Source: Octopus vulgaris (taxonomy: Eukaryota). From it: 64,000 nucleotides of DNA. The translations under genes were made by a program, and so were the position numbers. Location of the stretch: positions 106,764,001-106,828,000 of the forward strand of contig OX597821.1 in the NCBI GenBank assembly GCA_951406725.2. The letters are read 5' to 3'. A model generated the notes under the pieces. The model searched no databases. It was given only the letters and a program-made list of their open reading frames with translations, and had not been told where the DNA came from. Of the stretch, positions 28,023 through 41,650 are shown in pieces. Positions within the stretch are counted from its first letter, which is position 1. Every line of letters starts with the position of its first letter.

Positions 28023-28108
28023 ATATCAATATATACAAATACATACATATGTGAGTAGAGGGTGTTTCTAAGTATAAATGCAGGTACATATATATATTTA
28101 TATGTATA

Positions 28109-28473
28109 CTAGCAGTATCGCCCGGCGTTGCTCAGGTTTGTAGGGAAATAACTATAAAGCATTTTTAGAGAGTTATAGCCAAAAAATAGCAAAAAAAATG
28201 GAAAAAAAATGCTGGTATATTTTTTTTGAGAGTTAAAAAAGGTAGAGTTGCGTCCCCTAGACGGTCTGTGGTTTGGGTTTCTAATTCTCGACCCCATGTC
28301 GAATTTATCGATTTTTTCAGAACTGGGGAACTTTTCAAAATTTTCGCTGCGTTAGTTTTGAATTATGACATTGGGCTATGTGTGTGTCAAGTTTCATCAG
28401 AATCGGTTGAAAGCCGTGGTCAGAGTGAGGCTACGAGAAAACAGACACACAGAAAACGCACAGACAAACTGCC

Positions 28474-28490
<17 letters not shown>
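28109..28490 (-). mobile_element. Non-autonomous Helitron, only in duplication copy 1
   Basis: 3' end cctgagcaacgccgggcgatactgCTAG|T; empty (TA)n site at ~48620-48660. Confidence 0.8.
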
Positions 28491-28522
<32 letters not shown>

Positions 28523-29291
28523 GGTGTGTGTATGTGTGTGTGCATGTATGAGGGTATATGTGTGTGCGTGTGTGTGTTTGCTGCGACAAGGAACTTTCAA
28601 TATGTAATTTCCGTCCTTTAGGGGGGGGGATTTAATGCATTAAAGTTATATTGCCGTCAATATATTCCACGTACATGAAGCATTAATATGCAATACATTT
28701 CATTGTGTTATGTTAATAAAACAAATTATTCCTATTGGTAATTAGATATGTGTACTTAAATCATTAGTACAATGGTTTATATTGATGACATGAGAGTAGT
28801 TGATATTTTTGAACCCTGATATTTCTGAACAAACACACAGTTCTCAACCTGACGAATACGCCTTGAAATATTTAGCGAATGGTTTTGAAGAGTCAAAACA
28901 GAATCCCCGGAATGCTGAATATTATTTCAAAACCCAGAAAATGATTTATCCAAGAATCTTCTAGGTTTGCAATTAAGCCCCTTGCTTGATCTTGTTATCC
29001 ACTCTGATTCAATTTTTGAGTAATGGCTCTTCAACAAATCTATATTTTCCAATGTTAAAATATACTTATATAGGGGAAAGGAGGGAAGACATTTCTCAAG
29101 TTAAGGGACCATCGTGATTACCCAACTTCTCTTAAAAGATTTAAGCGAATAGAACATGTATCTCAACGGCAGTAGAAAATTTGAAATAGAATGAAATGTA
29201 GAGTTAGTTGCGTATTTCTGCATCTGTGCCAATGTATATTTGCAAGAAAGTGTTGCATACATATAGTGTTGAATTAAAGTGTGTTGAAGCA

Positions 29292-29563
29292 TATTCTGTT
29301 GTGCCTGGAGAGAGGCAATTTTTTGTGCCTTATTATATAACACACACACCGGTAAAATTTCCACTTATCTCTTATTTCTATTTTCCAAAACTTTTCGTTG
29401 TGTGTTGCAACCTTTTCTGTAGAGTAAAATCTATTGAAATGTTTGCAACACGCAACGGAAGTTTTAGGAAAATAAAAGTAAGAAATAAGTGGAAATTTTA
29501 CCGGTGAGCGAGTTAAATAATAAGGCACAAAACAAAATGATTCTCCCCAGACACAACAGAATA
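29292..29563. repeat. Imperfect ~270 bp palindrome (sister 49476-49746)
   Basis: accggtaaaatttccacttat / ataagtggaaattttaccggt; explains similar ORFs on both strands. Confidence 0.85.
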
Positions 29564-30879
29564 AAGTAAATTCATTCAATTGAAATTCTGATCTGTCAAG
29601 ATGAAGCCGAAGAATCAAACAAAAGGGGTAATTTTGTTTTTATATGTGAAGAAAAGAATAAAATGATGGTTTAAAATCGTATTTTAAAATCGTGTGTGTT
29701 TGTGTGTCTCTGTTTATCCCCCCAACATCACTTGACAACCGATACTGGTGTGTTTACGTTCCCCGTTACTTAGCGCTTAATGTTATTTGTATCCATTAAG
29801 ATTGATGAGACTATACACACTCGAATGAATTCTTAATTGCCTTACATTTTGTCATTTGTTGTTGAGAAAAAATTTCAAGCCAAGTTTTTGAGATTCGCCG
29901 ATGTCAGGTTTCAAACTTAGCCAAAACAGCATCGCACAAACTTATGATGGAACGAGCATGATGGCCTAAACTTCGAGCTTTTGCAGAAAACAATAAATGA
30001 GAGTTGGGCGTGAGCATCACATTGTTATGCATTTTCACTTAATTTGGTATTCTCTCAATCAGCTTCAAGTATTCGCGAATGTCGAATTCTCCAAACTTTG
30101 AAAATACTGTTTTTTTTCTCAAATTTGACGGCTTGAATAGCTGTATACAAATGAAACCGACGGAGAGTAATTTCTAACGTTACCTGAAACAGTTTTGAAT
30201 TATACATTTCGACAATTATTCCTTTTCCTCAACAAAATTGCTGTGTTTTCTCGGGTATTTTGAAACGTATTAGAATGTCCATAGTATTGGAGTGCTTCAG
30301 AATTAGAACAGACATAGGAATTAATTACAATCCAAGATTTTCAGTTTAAAACTTATTGCGGTTTTTGAAGCAAATATTCAGTGGGGCCCAGCGATTCTGT
30401 TTTCGATTCTTCAAAAACGTTCCCAATATTTTTGGAGGCGTATTTCTCATGTTGAGAAGGTCAAAAGACAATCTTTTGGTATTCTGGCGGTATGTGTATT
30501 TGTTGTATTAGGATGGCTTCATAAACTACAAACAAAACAAAACTCTTAAATATTTAAAACCAGAGAAGACTGAACTTGAATACATAAATTATCAAATCCT
30601 CACTGGCGGAGAGACTGGAATACAGGGGTAGACTTATAAGTGATGTCCCAGTCATTAGTTATTTCCAAGACTTAACTGCAAATTCTTGTTGATTCTACGG
30701 CCTTGATTTAAAATACCATTGTTTGAAATCTTTGACCTCAGATTTGTTGACTTGTTGAATCCGAAGCATTTGCAGGTTTAGTAAAAAAAAATTTCGTGAA
30801 ATACTACAATCATACATACTGCAACAATACTAACCAATTGTCTTTCGAATATATATTTTATTTTTATTTTTTTATTTAT

Positions 30880-31335
30880 TTTATTTTATTTAGTTTCAGC
30901 TCACAAGGTGTTGCCATGCTGGGGCACCAACATTTGGTGTTGCTACATGATTTTACTTCACGAATGCTTTTTAGCAAATGCCATCTGGTGCATGAGAGTG
31001 TTCGATGCAGCTGCGCTCATCTGCACGTCCTGCCGAGAAGTTGGTTCATCTGGGACACCTGACAAGAAGAGATGTCTCTTAGGTTCTTCAGGAAGATATT
31101 GAAGAGCTGTGGGCCTCGGAAGCCCAGGCTATCACAGTATCTCGTCCTACATCTTGATGGCAAATTTGGAGTCCTTGGCACTATGCAGTGGCGCCGAGTT
31201 CTGGCATTTGTGTAACTCTCGATGCAAAAGTTTGGGACAAGTCCTTCTAGGATCTTCCAGATGTATATTATGGCATATCTTTCTCGCCTACACTCTAAGG
31301 AATAGAGTCTCAATCTCTTGAGTCTTTCCCAATAG
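30880..31335 (-). mobile_element. CR1/Jockey-group LINE 3' fragment (sister 51060-51556)
   Basis: LRLYSLECRRERYAIIYIWKIL...GPQLFN; sister retains FKMKLDLFLSGVPDEP; A-rich tail. Confidence 0.75.
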
Positions 31336-32130
31336 CTTATATGCTATATATATATATAAATGAACAAAAAAGTAAATAGAGGTGATAAATTGGCTTGATG
31401 GGTGCTAGCTATAATGTAAGTAGAATATGTTTGTAAGCTGTATAGAAGCATAAAATGATTAGTGTAACTACATAAAGGTTTAAATATTAAGCCAAGTGGT
31501 AGGAAAACACTACGATTGTATAGCTGTGTAATTATAATTAAGTAGAAATAAAAACAATGGGAGGTGGATAAGAATATGCGTAATGGCTTAATAGGGGAGT
31601 TATTAACCTCTGCACCTTCTTATCAAGTTAATAAAAAACATATCTTTTAGGTTTAAGCGAAAAACCTTTGATACTCTCTGTAAAATTCCCACTTCTTAAT
31701 CATAGGTATGAGCGAAATAAACTTGTTTGCACATGGTAAAGTTTCTTTTCTATATATGGATAAATACATAATTGGTTATTCTGATTCATTTTACTACTAT
31801 ATCAAGACTAACTCGTATATCCGATCCGCTCCTTTTCCGGGCTTCATATTGATTTTGAGCCCTTCTTTTTGTTCCTCCACATTTGTATTTATTTCTGCTT
31901 ATTTATAATTACACACATATCCAATCACTGTATTTTCCTATCACTTTGCTCAATACTTACTCGTTTATGCATTTATACACATCATTTTAGACTTTCATAC
32001 ACATTATAAACATATTCTACTTACGTTATACCTTGTACCTATCTCATAGAATATTTTCTTATCCAGCCATTTTATCACCTTTATCTATATCTTTTTTTTC
32101 ATATATATATATATATATATATGTATGTAC

Positions 32131-32215
<85 letters not shown>

Positions 32216-33301
32216 CTGGAGATACATCGGGGTGTAGAAGGCTGTTCTGAGATATATTGAATAACTTTGTCTAATGAACATTTGAATTTTATGGGATCCG
32301 TTTCCGTTTTGACATATTTTGGTAAGGTATTAAAGGGAGCTGGACCGGTTGAGGTAAATTAATTGTTATGTAATGTTGCTATTGATATTTCTGTTATTCT
32401 CATTCACTGGTTTCTCAACCCCTGTTATTATCTCTTCGTATTATTTGATAGTTATACTCATATTTTATCACCTTTATTTATTTATATCTCATATACTCAA
32501 ATTTTATACTTCTCTTTATTATTCGTGTATTGTATCATACTATAAATATACTTCAGACTAACTTGTATATTTGTTCCCCACATTTTCTGGCTCTATATCG
32601 ATATATTGATATATCTATATATGAGATAATGATATATTGATATGTTGATATGGAATTCTTCATTTCTCTTATCCCAACCCACTGTATATATATTTCTACT
32701 AATCCACAATTTTAAACCTTTGTATATATTATACCAAATTTTACTTGCTTTAAAACATAAAACTATTTCATATTAGTTACTTAATTTCATGTATTTTGCT
32801 ACCTTACCTCTCTTTGTTTGAAATTCATCGCAGTATACAATACAATATGGAATATAAACTGTATTTTTCTTCTTTTTAATTTGTTTATCAAAATCTTTAT
32901 TTATTTATATTAATAACAAATTACATATTTTAATAATAAATATTGCATGTTGTCAACTAAACCTTAACTCAACCAAATTTAATGGTAAGTTTCAAATTTA
33001 TATAGTTATATAAAAATTCTCTTATGGTATTATCCTCTCACCCGCCATCTTATTTTTCTCTCTAAAATAAATTTCTTCTCCCGGTAACGATGCCAAACAT
33101 AAGTTTAAAATCATCAGCTACAAGAACATCATCTCTGTGTGGCCTGAATTTAGTAGTAGCCACTGAGCTTACCAAGGTGTGCGTTATTTCTGGAGGGCTG
33201 TTGGCAAACTTCTTTGAATGTGTATATGGAGTGAGATGCAGATTCTTGTACTGTTAATGTGGTTAACGTTTTAAAGGGATTGACATTTTATTTCCTCGCT
33301 G

Positions 33302-33368
<67 letters not shown>

Positions 33369-34096
33369 CATGTATGTATGTATGCATGTATGTATTTATT
33401 TATATATGTATGTTTACGTATACATGATTGAATATGTCACCTTGATCCAGGAATGATAGAAAAATACAATATCACTATTGAATTGCTACTTCAGGATTAA
33501 GCTTATAATAATTTTTCCACTTAAGAGGAAGAACTCGATGTACAATAACTAAATTATATACAACATATCAAAAGCTAAATTGTTATGCCTCTCAATCTCC
33601 TTCTCTATCTCCCTCTATCTCCTCTCTCTCTCTCTCTCTCTCTCATCTGTATATATATATAAATATATATATATATACATATATAAATATATATATACAT
33701 TCATAAATGAGGGTATATATATATATATATATATATATTATATGAAATAAATTCTGTCTGTCTGTGTGTGTGTCTTCTAGGATCTCGGGCATCCTCCATT
33801 CGATTGCACTCAAATTTGATATTTAAATACCGACGGTATCAGGGCGTGTATAAATAATGAAGAAAATTACGATAATCGATACCAGGTAAGAATGCGATCG
33901 ATAAAGTGAATAAAATCGTTTTCTTTGGAATAGAAAAAAAGTCTATCTTTATTTCTTCTTTTGCCGGTGTCTCAAATTTAGGTTAAATCAGTGTTTCTCA
34001 AAGGGGAGGCCATGGAATGGTCGGACAATTTGCTTTGAGAAAATTTGGTTTAATGTATAATAACTCAGCACCGTCCATTGGACGGGGGACTTTTGC

Positions 34097-34139
<43 letters not shown>

Positions 34140-34140
34140 C

Positions 34141-34655
34141 CCGTAAATCCTCCAGTATAATCAGCATTTTTTCCCCAAAATTTAAAGGTCAAAATCCCTA
34201 GTGCGTACTATATACGACGTTAAAAATGAAAAATATTTTCTAAGAAATGTCCTAGTTTCTATTTGACGTCCGGCAATGTTTATTCAGACGCATTTTGTGA
34301 TGTCGGGCGCGAAAATACCTTAAGCTAAGCCTGAAAGCAATGAAGTCATAAAAGAATCATCCATAACTTGCAGTAAGCAACATTTACTACACGTTATTAC
34401 TGTTATTTCTTTATTTTCTGCAAACAAAATGTACAAAAAAGTTACACGTTTGCATTAAGTTGTATATACAATAATAATAATAATAAAGGATGTTACCTTA
34501 TACATTTTTACAAACCAAAGACGTTAAATAGACCTCTTTGACTCAAGTTAGAGAAGGAGTGCGTATTATACAAAAAGTTTAGGTTTTCAGAGGTACAGCG
34601 CCCTAACCATCCCCTGCGTTTTATACTAAAGTGCGGACTATACTCGAGGATATAC

Positions 34656-34657
<2 letters not shown>
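34141..34657. mobile_element. Tigger/pogo-like MITE (sister 53989-54506)
   Basis: Imperfect TIRs ccgtaaatcctccagtataatcagcat / gtgcggactatactcgaggatatacgg inside (TA)n. Confidence 0.7.
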
Positions 34658-34702
<45 letters not shown>

Positions 34703-34739
34703 TAAAAAATGAAGTTCGAAAATGCTGCTGTATTATACA

Positions 34740-36070
34740 ATTTTTAATTTTTATATATACATTATAACATGTTTCAGTTCCTGAAATGAACCTTATCAAA
34801 AAAAGTTATATATAAAAAGAGACAGCTCATTTATAATACACAACGGAGTCAGACATCTTAGAGTTCATGTATAGTTGATATATAGGTCATGTATAGTTGA
34901 TATATAGTTTGAAGTATATGTTCAAAGTGTTCGATGCAGTGGCCCACAGTGGCGATACGTATTCAATACAAAAAACAGATCAAAGTGGTGGAAAGCGGTC
35001 AATACAGAAGATTGATGTTTCCGAAAGAGCGAGGAATTCATTTTTACCTTAAGCAATTGTGATGACCCATGGTGGAAGTTCGCTGGGTGGTTCTAGTGAT
35101 TTTTTGTGAAATGCTTGGTTTTATAATGCCTGTTAGGTGGTCAATCTAGCGTAGCGTGACGTCATCAATGTTTTGACCAATCGTTTCGTTAGGTGGCTTT
35201 AATCAAGTGGAACGGGACGTCATCATTATTTTGACCAATCGCTGCATTATAACTCCCTCTTGTTTGTTTCCTGTCTTGACCAGTCGCTTCGTTAGTCAAG
35301 CATAGCGGGATGTCATCCAGATTCTGCCCAATCACGACTTATAGCTACATTAGATCTGCCCCCTGTCTGTACTTGTTAGGTGACTATTCAAGCAGAAAAG
35401 GACGTCATCAATATTCTGACTAATGACTGTCCCCTGTTTGTATCCTGTCCATTCTAGCAGAGCTAGACGTCATCAACTTGTTGACCAATCAGAATCGGGT
35501 CTGACCCTTAGCTGTATCGTATGTATCAGGGTCAGATTTGCACGAAAGAATTTTTTTCCCTTTTTTACTAAGGCATATTTCCGTCAGAGTGAGTGTCTGT
35601 TTGAAGTAGCGGCCGTGGTGAAATTTGGTTCTCCTTTTCGGAGGACTTATCTTTTGTTTTAGTATTCCTGGCCCAGGGTGTTTAAACTTGGTCTAAATTT
35701 TTTTATGAAATATAGTTCTTTATTTTGGCGTTGTGTGAAGGTTGCGTTGTCACTGAATTTATAGAGCGGGTTAGTTGTAAATTTCGGATTTACATTTCCA
35801 GCACATCTATCTATGTGTCCGCTGACCGGTATTTTGCGGTAATCAGGGTTTCTAATTTGTGATTTATGCACCGCCATCCTGTTACGTAAGCTATTTTTTG
35901 TATGGCATATATACTGCCTATTGCAGCCTGCGCATGTTATGACGTAAATTAAGTTTTCTGATGCGCAGGTGAAGTTTGTTCTAATGGTGAACTGGTGGCC
36001 TTGTTCCAGTATAACTTCTGATCCTTCTTTCAAGATGACACAGATTCCGCAGTTGGGCCTTCCACATTTT
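34740..36070 (-). mobile_element. 5'-truncated Penelope-like element, Neptune-type GIY-YIG ORF 35659-36033
   Basis: KCGRPNCGIC linker, FTCASENLIYVITCAGC..YI.HT..LRNR...H, ELYFIKKFRPSLN. Confidence 0.85.
35157..35490 (+). promoter_or_regulatory. Five GACGTCA-N12-CCAAT modules (sister 54992-55327)
   Basis: CRE/ATF-like site and CCAAT box at constant 12-nt spacing with divergent spacers. Confidence 0.55.
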
Positions 36071-36108
36071 CTATATATTTATATATATGGTGTATATATA
36101 TATATATG

Positions 36109-36173
<65 letters not shown>

Positions 36174-38130
36174 CAGTTTGGAACTTCTTTAGGCTAACGT
36201 TATAAGAAACATTCTCTTCTGTTTGGAATGTATTGAACTCAAAAGAAGATATTGTTTTAAGCCTAAGCTTCATCATAAATATCTCTCTTTAGTCGTTGAC
36301 TTCGCTGATGAATTTTACTAAAAATGAGTTGTGTCCTGCTATATACCATAGTGAAAATTTTTTCTAACATATAGTGGAGTGTTTTGAATTCTTTTAATTT
36401 CTCTACGCTTTCATTTCATTGAATGACTCTGTCGTCGATGTATGTTTCCAGTTTTATAGTATATATTTGAAGAAAATATTTCTGAATATACGTAGTCATA
36501 TTTGTAATTCATAATCTTTACTTACCCCATAAGTAACTTCTCAATAATTCAAATTTCCATTTTTAAATATGATACTTGAAACTATTTTTCGCCATGGTTT
36601 CACCAGAAAAAAGTAATTCATATTTACAGCTGCATTTTCTTCAGATGGTACGGCTTCCGCGATGAAATTACAACGTATCGCTATAGAAACAAATTCCATC
36701 ACCAAATATCAATCATGCTTGTCTATCGATTGCTAAACCAACCACAATCTTTGTTTTAGTTGCCATAAACATGCTGAAATCATCGGTAAATTTGCCACAT
36801 CTACTGGTAGTGGTAAGTTGCTTGACATTACACAACCGATTGACTTACCAACATTCCAACTGATGCGGCTACCGGCTGCCACACTTGTCACTGCAACTAG
36901 CGACGGCCACTCAGGCTGCTATTGTTGCGAAAACCACCACGACCAGGTAACATAGAAAAGTAAACAAAACAACGGCAGCATGTGAATTTCGTAAAAACAA
37001 AAAGTGAGATTGAAGAACTAATATCATGGAACATTGATGAAATACAATTTATTCATTTTTTGTTAAAATTTCATCATGACTAAATCGTCATTCTACAGCA
37101 ACCGAAACCGTTAGGATAACTTCTTACTTTTATTCAAGACAGTGCTCAGCCACTTGCACGTTAATTTCACGAGCAGGCTGTTCCGTTGATCGGTTCAACT
37201 GGAACCATCGTCGTCGAACCCGACGGAGTGCCATGATTATAGCAACATATAATAATAATATACAAGCAAATGCTCCGCTCGAAACGTTGATTACTCCTTC
37301 TTTCTTTCCTTTCCTGAGCGTCCATGAACACTATAATTGTTCCACGTCCTCGCGTTGTTGTGTTTTCTCTTTGTTCATGTTTGGATTAACCATATAATTA
37401 AGTATCTGGGTCTTACCACTCACGTTACCCATACATGCAATCATAGTTTGTTATCTGAGATTGAACTAACTGAGATAACCTATATCTACTAATTTCGTCC
37501 TTGTGGCATAAAATGACATATGCATCACTTAGAAATAAAAGGAATCTTTGCCTTGAAATATTTTTTCTCACTTTGATGCACATACATATTGTAAAGTAAA
37601 TTAAAACTGAACTCAGTAAGTGGTTTCATTATGATATTTTATTTCTAGAATATACGAAAGATTAAGTTTGGAAATGCAAGTTTGAGCATTTATAATGTAT
37701 TTTCTGTAATATATTGGTGTTATTTATTTATGTAAATGAGAAAAAAGTGACAAGTAGAACATGTGCAGATGTGGTAGCAGGAAAATTACAATAGAGACGG
37801 AAAAATCATTGTGTGAATATATATATTTTTATACAATTTTAATTAAAAGATGGCGGACAGTTATAAATAATCCGACTGAAAAATCAATGACTGCCTGACT
37901 GATAATAAAGAGTATAGAATCATCCTGAGGTTTCACCGGTAGAAGGCGTTCGAACTCGCTTCAGCATTACCCATCTTTACCTTTTAAGAAAAATAATCTT
38001 GCTTGAGAAAGTGCAGATGTGCCCAGGTTCCAAAGGTATTTAATGGTGAAATAGTGAGGTAGTGCTGCAAAAGGCTTCTTCGTACTGAATTCACTTACAA
38101 TCGAAAATGCATAATAAAATGAGACATCGT

Positions 38131-38187
38131 TTATAATGGCTTTGTCTGAATTACCACAAGTATGTAAGTAATGAAACTTCCAATCAT
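38131..38187 (-). CDS. GRL gene C last coding exon (MIGSFITYILVVIQTKPL*), TM7b
   Basis: ttctgtttttcag acceptor; TYxxxxxQ matches the GR family TYhhhhhQF signature. Confidence 0.85.
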   Translation of the reverse strand: MIGSFITYILVVIQTKPL

Positions 38188-38789
38188 CTGAAAAACAGAA
38201 AAGAGACGTTATATATGTGCTATTTTCAGTGAATGAAGAGAATTATACGGATTGAAGGTCATTATGTACTACTTATACTAGAAAAGTAAGCTGGTTGTTT
38301 CAGTTAAGCAACCGCAAGTTTTGGGCACTAAACATTTAGGTCATGATTTCAAGATCTTCTGATATATTCGTTACCGATTTTCATTAAGGCGCCCATAAAG
38401 TATTATGGTTGAGTCAGGTGTGCGACTGAACCTCGAATCGAAATGTTAAGCAGGCAGATTTTGCTCTGTGCATTATGACCGACAGAATGTCAAGACTGGT
38501 AACGTTTGAACTCAAAATATAAACGGTTGTAGCAGTATATTGCAAACGTTTTATAAAATCAGGAAGTATAAAACTCATTTCATTGCGAAGGTTTATTTTA
38601 AAAAGCTATATCTCGGCCCCAAAAAGTAACAAATCATATAACAAATACATTCTCCTTCGCAATATTTTCCTTTCGATTTATTTGAAATTCAATTCTTTAA
38701 TTGTATTATATACTCTTTTTATTTTTATTATTCGCGTTTATTTCTTATTTATCGCTGTGGTTGAAGTTGTATTCACGATCTTTCATGAG

Positions 38790-39480
38790 TCACTAATAAA
38801 ACAAATACATTTTTATCTTAAAATAGCTAATGAAAATGTTGATGTATTACAGCGAGGGTTTCAGTGGGATGTCTTGAAAATTGCGTAAGCGGTGGCTTTC
38901 AGAAGCTGGCCCAGCTACAATGGGTCTTAAGGTTAAGTCATCTGGCGTTTGGATAGACGAGTATGACCCTGAGAAAAATATCCACTCTACATAAAGAGCA
39001 AATCCGTTTCCCGCAATACAGGAAAATTCCTCTCAGTGAACATATACAAAATTATGCAGATAACACCAAAACAAATTTCACAGACTTCCCTTTCTACAAG
39101 TGCAAAGACACAATCTCTCCACAAGAACGTTTAAATAAACAAGCTTTTTTCATTGAAAAATACAGAACATTTCTTAATATGCACGCATAACCAACTTTTA
39201 TCTTTTAAAATATTTCAATTCACAATTACATCACTGTACATAAATCCCCTCACTAAACAAATTTTTCGAAACCCTTTCATTTTGTCTTTACCCCTACCCT
39301 TACCGAAAGCCGAACACTTATCTCCCTTACCAACAAAAATAACAATAATAACGATAACAGAATACCTCCCCTTATTTTTTCTACATGTGAAGTCATTCAC
39401 TCGTAAATATCATTACACACAACGTGGGCAAAATTTCGTCTTAAGAAAATACACATACAAATAAGTAAACCACAATATCA
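38790..39480. mobile_element. Rearranged Penelope-like relic in last GRL intron (sister 58590-59280)
   Basis: Minus strand LRPIVAGPASESHRL (RT start) abuts plus strand HKEQIRFPQYRKIPLSEHI (endonuclease end). Confidence 0.7.
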
Positions 39481-39507
39481 TGAATAGCGAAAGCGAACTG
39501 TTGATAT

Positions 39508-39735
39508 TTTTTGTTTTTTTGTTTTTCCAGTTTCAGCTCTTGAGCTGTGGCCATGCTGGGGCACCGCCATTGTGGTGAAAGAGTACAGCAGGGATCACCA
39601 CCCCCTGCGGAGCCTCGTAGAGCTTTTTAGGTGTTTTCGCTCAATAAACACACACAACGCCCGGTCTGAGAATCGAAACCGCGATCCTGCGACCGCGAGT
39701 CCGATGCCCTAACCACTAGGCCATTGCGCCTCTAC
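39508..39735 (-). mobile_element. tRNA-derived SINE, same head and body as 13819-14035; only in duplication copy 1
   Basis: Empty site at ~59300. Confidence 0.85.
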
Positions 39736-39835
39736 ATTAAAAATTATATTAAAAATTATATTAAAACTATGTAAAGTGTGTGTATTTTCCATATTTAAAT
39801 TCTTATATATATGTATTTTCCTTAGTTAATTTCTT

Positions 39836-39921
<86 letters not shown>

Positions 39922-40544
39922 ACTATGGCACTGTAGCAATTATATCAGTTGCGTAGTTGTTTACTTGGTAATTTTAATAACGATAATAGGTTTGAACATA
40001 TTTGCCATCATAACAATCCACTTTCCAGGTAATGTGCTACCAAATTTTCTCATATATTTGATGTCCGTGGACACATCGTCATTTGATTCAGAAAAGGATG
40101 GGATAAAAACAAATGCTCATTTAAGGACTTGATGAGGAATTCCTATTTGTATTGATGGAAATTCAACGATGATTATTCGCATGGTTATGTATAAAACCAG
40201 AAAAGAACCTAGGGGAAAATATAATAGCGATACCAATAAGGATGGGACAACTGGCACCAACGAGTTTATAATTGATGTGAGGAAGATCAGAAGATTTTAG
40301 ATGAGTTGCAGGAAGTAATGAATAAACAGGGAAGAAAAACATTGCCAGCTTTAAAATGCATCAACAACTTTAAATGATTGTTCCGGAGCATATTCACCAT
40401 CTACTTCAATTACTACTTCCCATTTGGTCTGCAGACGGTCAGACTGTCATTTAAAGTTGTGTTTGTTAAATATTGCTCTTGTTTTTGTTGAATAAATTTG
40501 TTGGAAAGAAAATCTGCAATAATTATGCACCAATAAAATATATA

Positions 40545-40761
40545 TGTGGAGGCGGGTTGCCTAGAGGTTAGGGTGTCAGCATCATGATCGTAAGATTGTG
40601 GTTTCGATTCCTGGACCGGGCGACGCGTTTTGTTCTTGAGGAACACACTTCATTTCACGTTGCTCCAGTCCCCCCAGCGGGCAAATAAGGCTAAGCCTGC
40701 GATGGACTAGCGTCGTGTGCAGCTGGGGAACACATACGCCATAGAAACCGAGAAACTGGAC

Positions 40762-40765
<4 letters not shown>
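40545..40765 (+). mobile_element. tRNA-derived SINE (sister at ~60490-60740)
   Basis: A/B boxes, ggtttcgattcctggaccggg. Confidence 0.7.
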
Positions 40766-40817
<52 letters not shown>

Positions 40818-40893
40818 TTATATATATAATGGGCTGATGAATAACTTAAAATTGTAGTTAGATAGGAGAAAATCAACCATAAAATTTATTTAC

Positions 40894-40962
40894 CTTCGCA
40901 ACAACCTCCTGGTCGAAGCCCTGAAACTGCATATAATGAATATTTTGTGTAATGCTGTGAAC
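40894..40962 (-). CDS. GRL gene C exon 2 (VHSITQNIHYMQFQGFDQEVVAK)
   Basis: tttctttttcgcgtctag acceptor, gtaaat donor, 69 nt, phase 0/0. Confidence 0.8.
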
Positions 40963-41029
40963 CTAGACGCGAAAAAGAAAATAATAATGATAATAATAAT
41001 CATCTGTAATAAAGCTGATATAAGAGTTA

Positions 41030-41650
41030 CCCATATCCCAAACGAATTCCCTAGTCTTCCCCAAAACCACAACCAGCTGTGGCGTTATGATCCGGTAACA
41101 AAAGAGCTGCATGGGAAACTGTGCAGAAAGTGTGGGCTAGAGAGAGCAAGACCTAGTATGAGTACAACCCACAGAGAGTCGGAGACTAGCAAAATTCTCT
41201 ACGATTTCCCAATCAAAGGAGATCAGGTGCTAGAGCACAACAGGTCAGAGATATAGATCGTCAAGACGATATACCACATATGCTATATAGTTGATGTTGC
41301 ATGCCCCTTTGACCAACGAATAGTCGAGAAGGAGAGCGAAAAAATAAATACAACCCACTTAAATGTGAAATAGCCCGGCTCTGGAAAATAAATGTGCAAT
41401 TAGTGCCAATTAGTGTTGGGTCCTTGGGAACAGCATATCAAGGCATCAAAAGGAATATCGAGAAAATTGGAATAGAGTACCCAGTAGAACTGTTACAAAT
41501 AGTTGGTCTCCTTTGCCCGGCCAGAATAATCAGGAAAGTATTAGATAGCTGAAAAAAAACGGATAGCAAGGTAAGGTAGGCTGCAGGTAGTAAGCCTGCT
41601 ATACATGCAAGAATCCAGCAGCTCCAACAAAACCTGTGACGGTTCGGCTT
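41030..41650 (+). mobile_element. Degenerate RLE LINE 3' fragment (sister partial 60970-61180)
   Basis: ILYDFPIKGDQVLEHNRSEI, YIVDVACPFD, VPISVGSLGT. Confidence 0.75.

Larger units (their letters stand above)
24805..41345 (+). repeat. Segmental duplication copy 1
   Basis: Collinear with 45447-61180 at ~20 kb offset; many identical ORF-track peptides (e.g. 35659-36033 = 55496-55870). Confidence 0.93.

Noticed and set aside
35157-35490. CRISPR-like repeat-spacer array
   Set aside because: Eukaryotic context, degenerate repeats, irregular spacing, no cas genes
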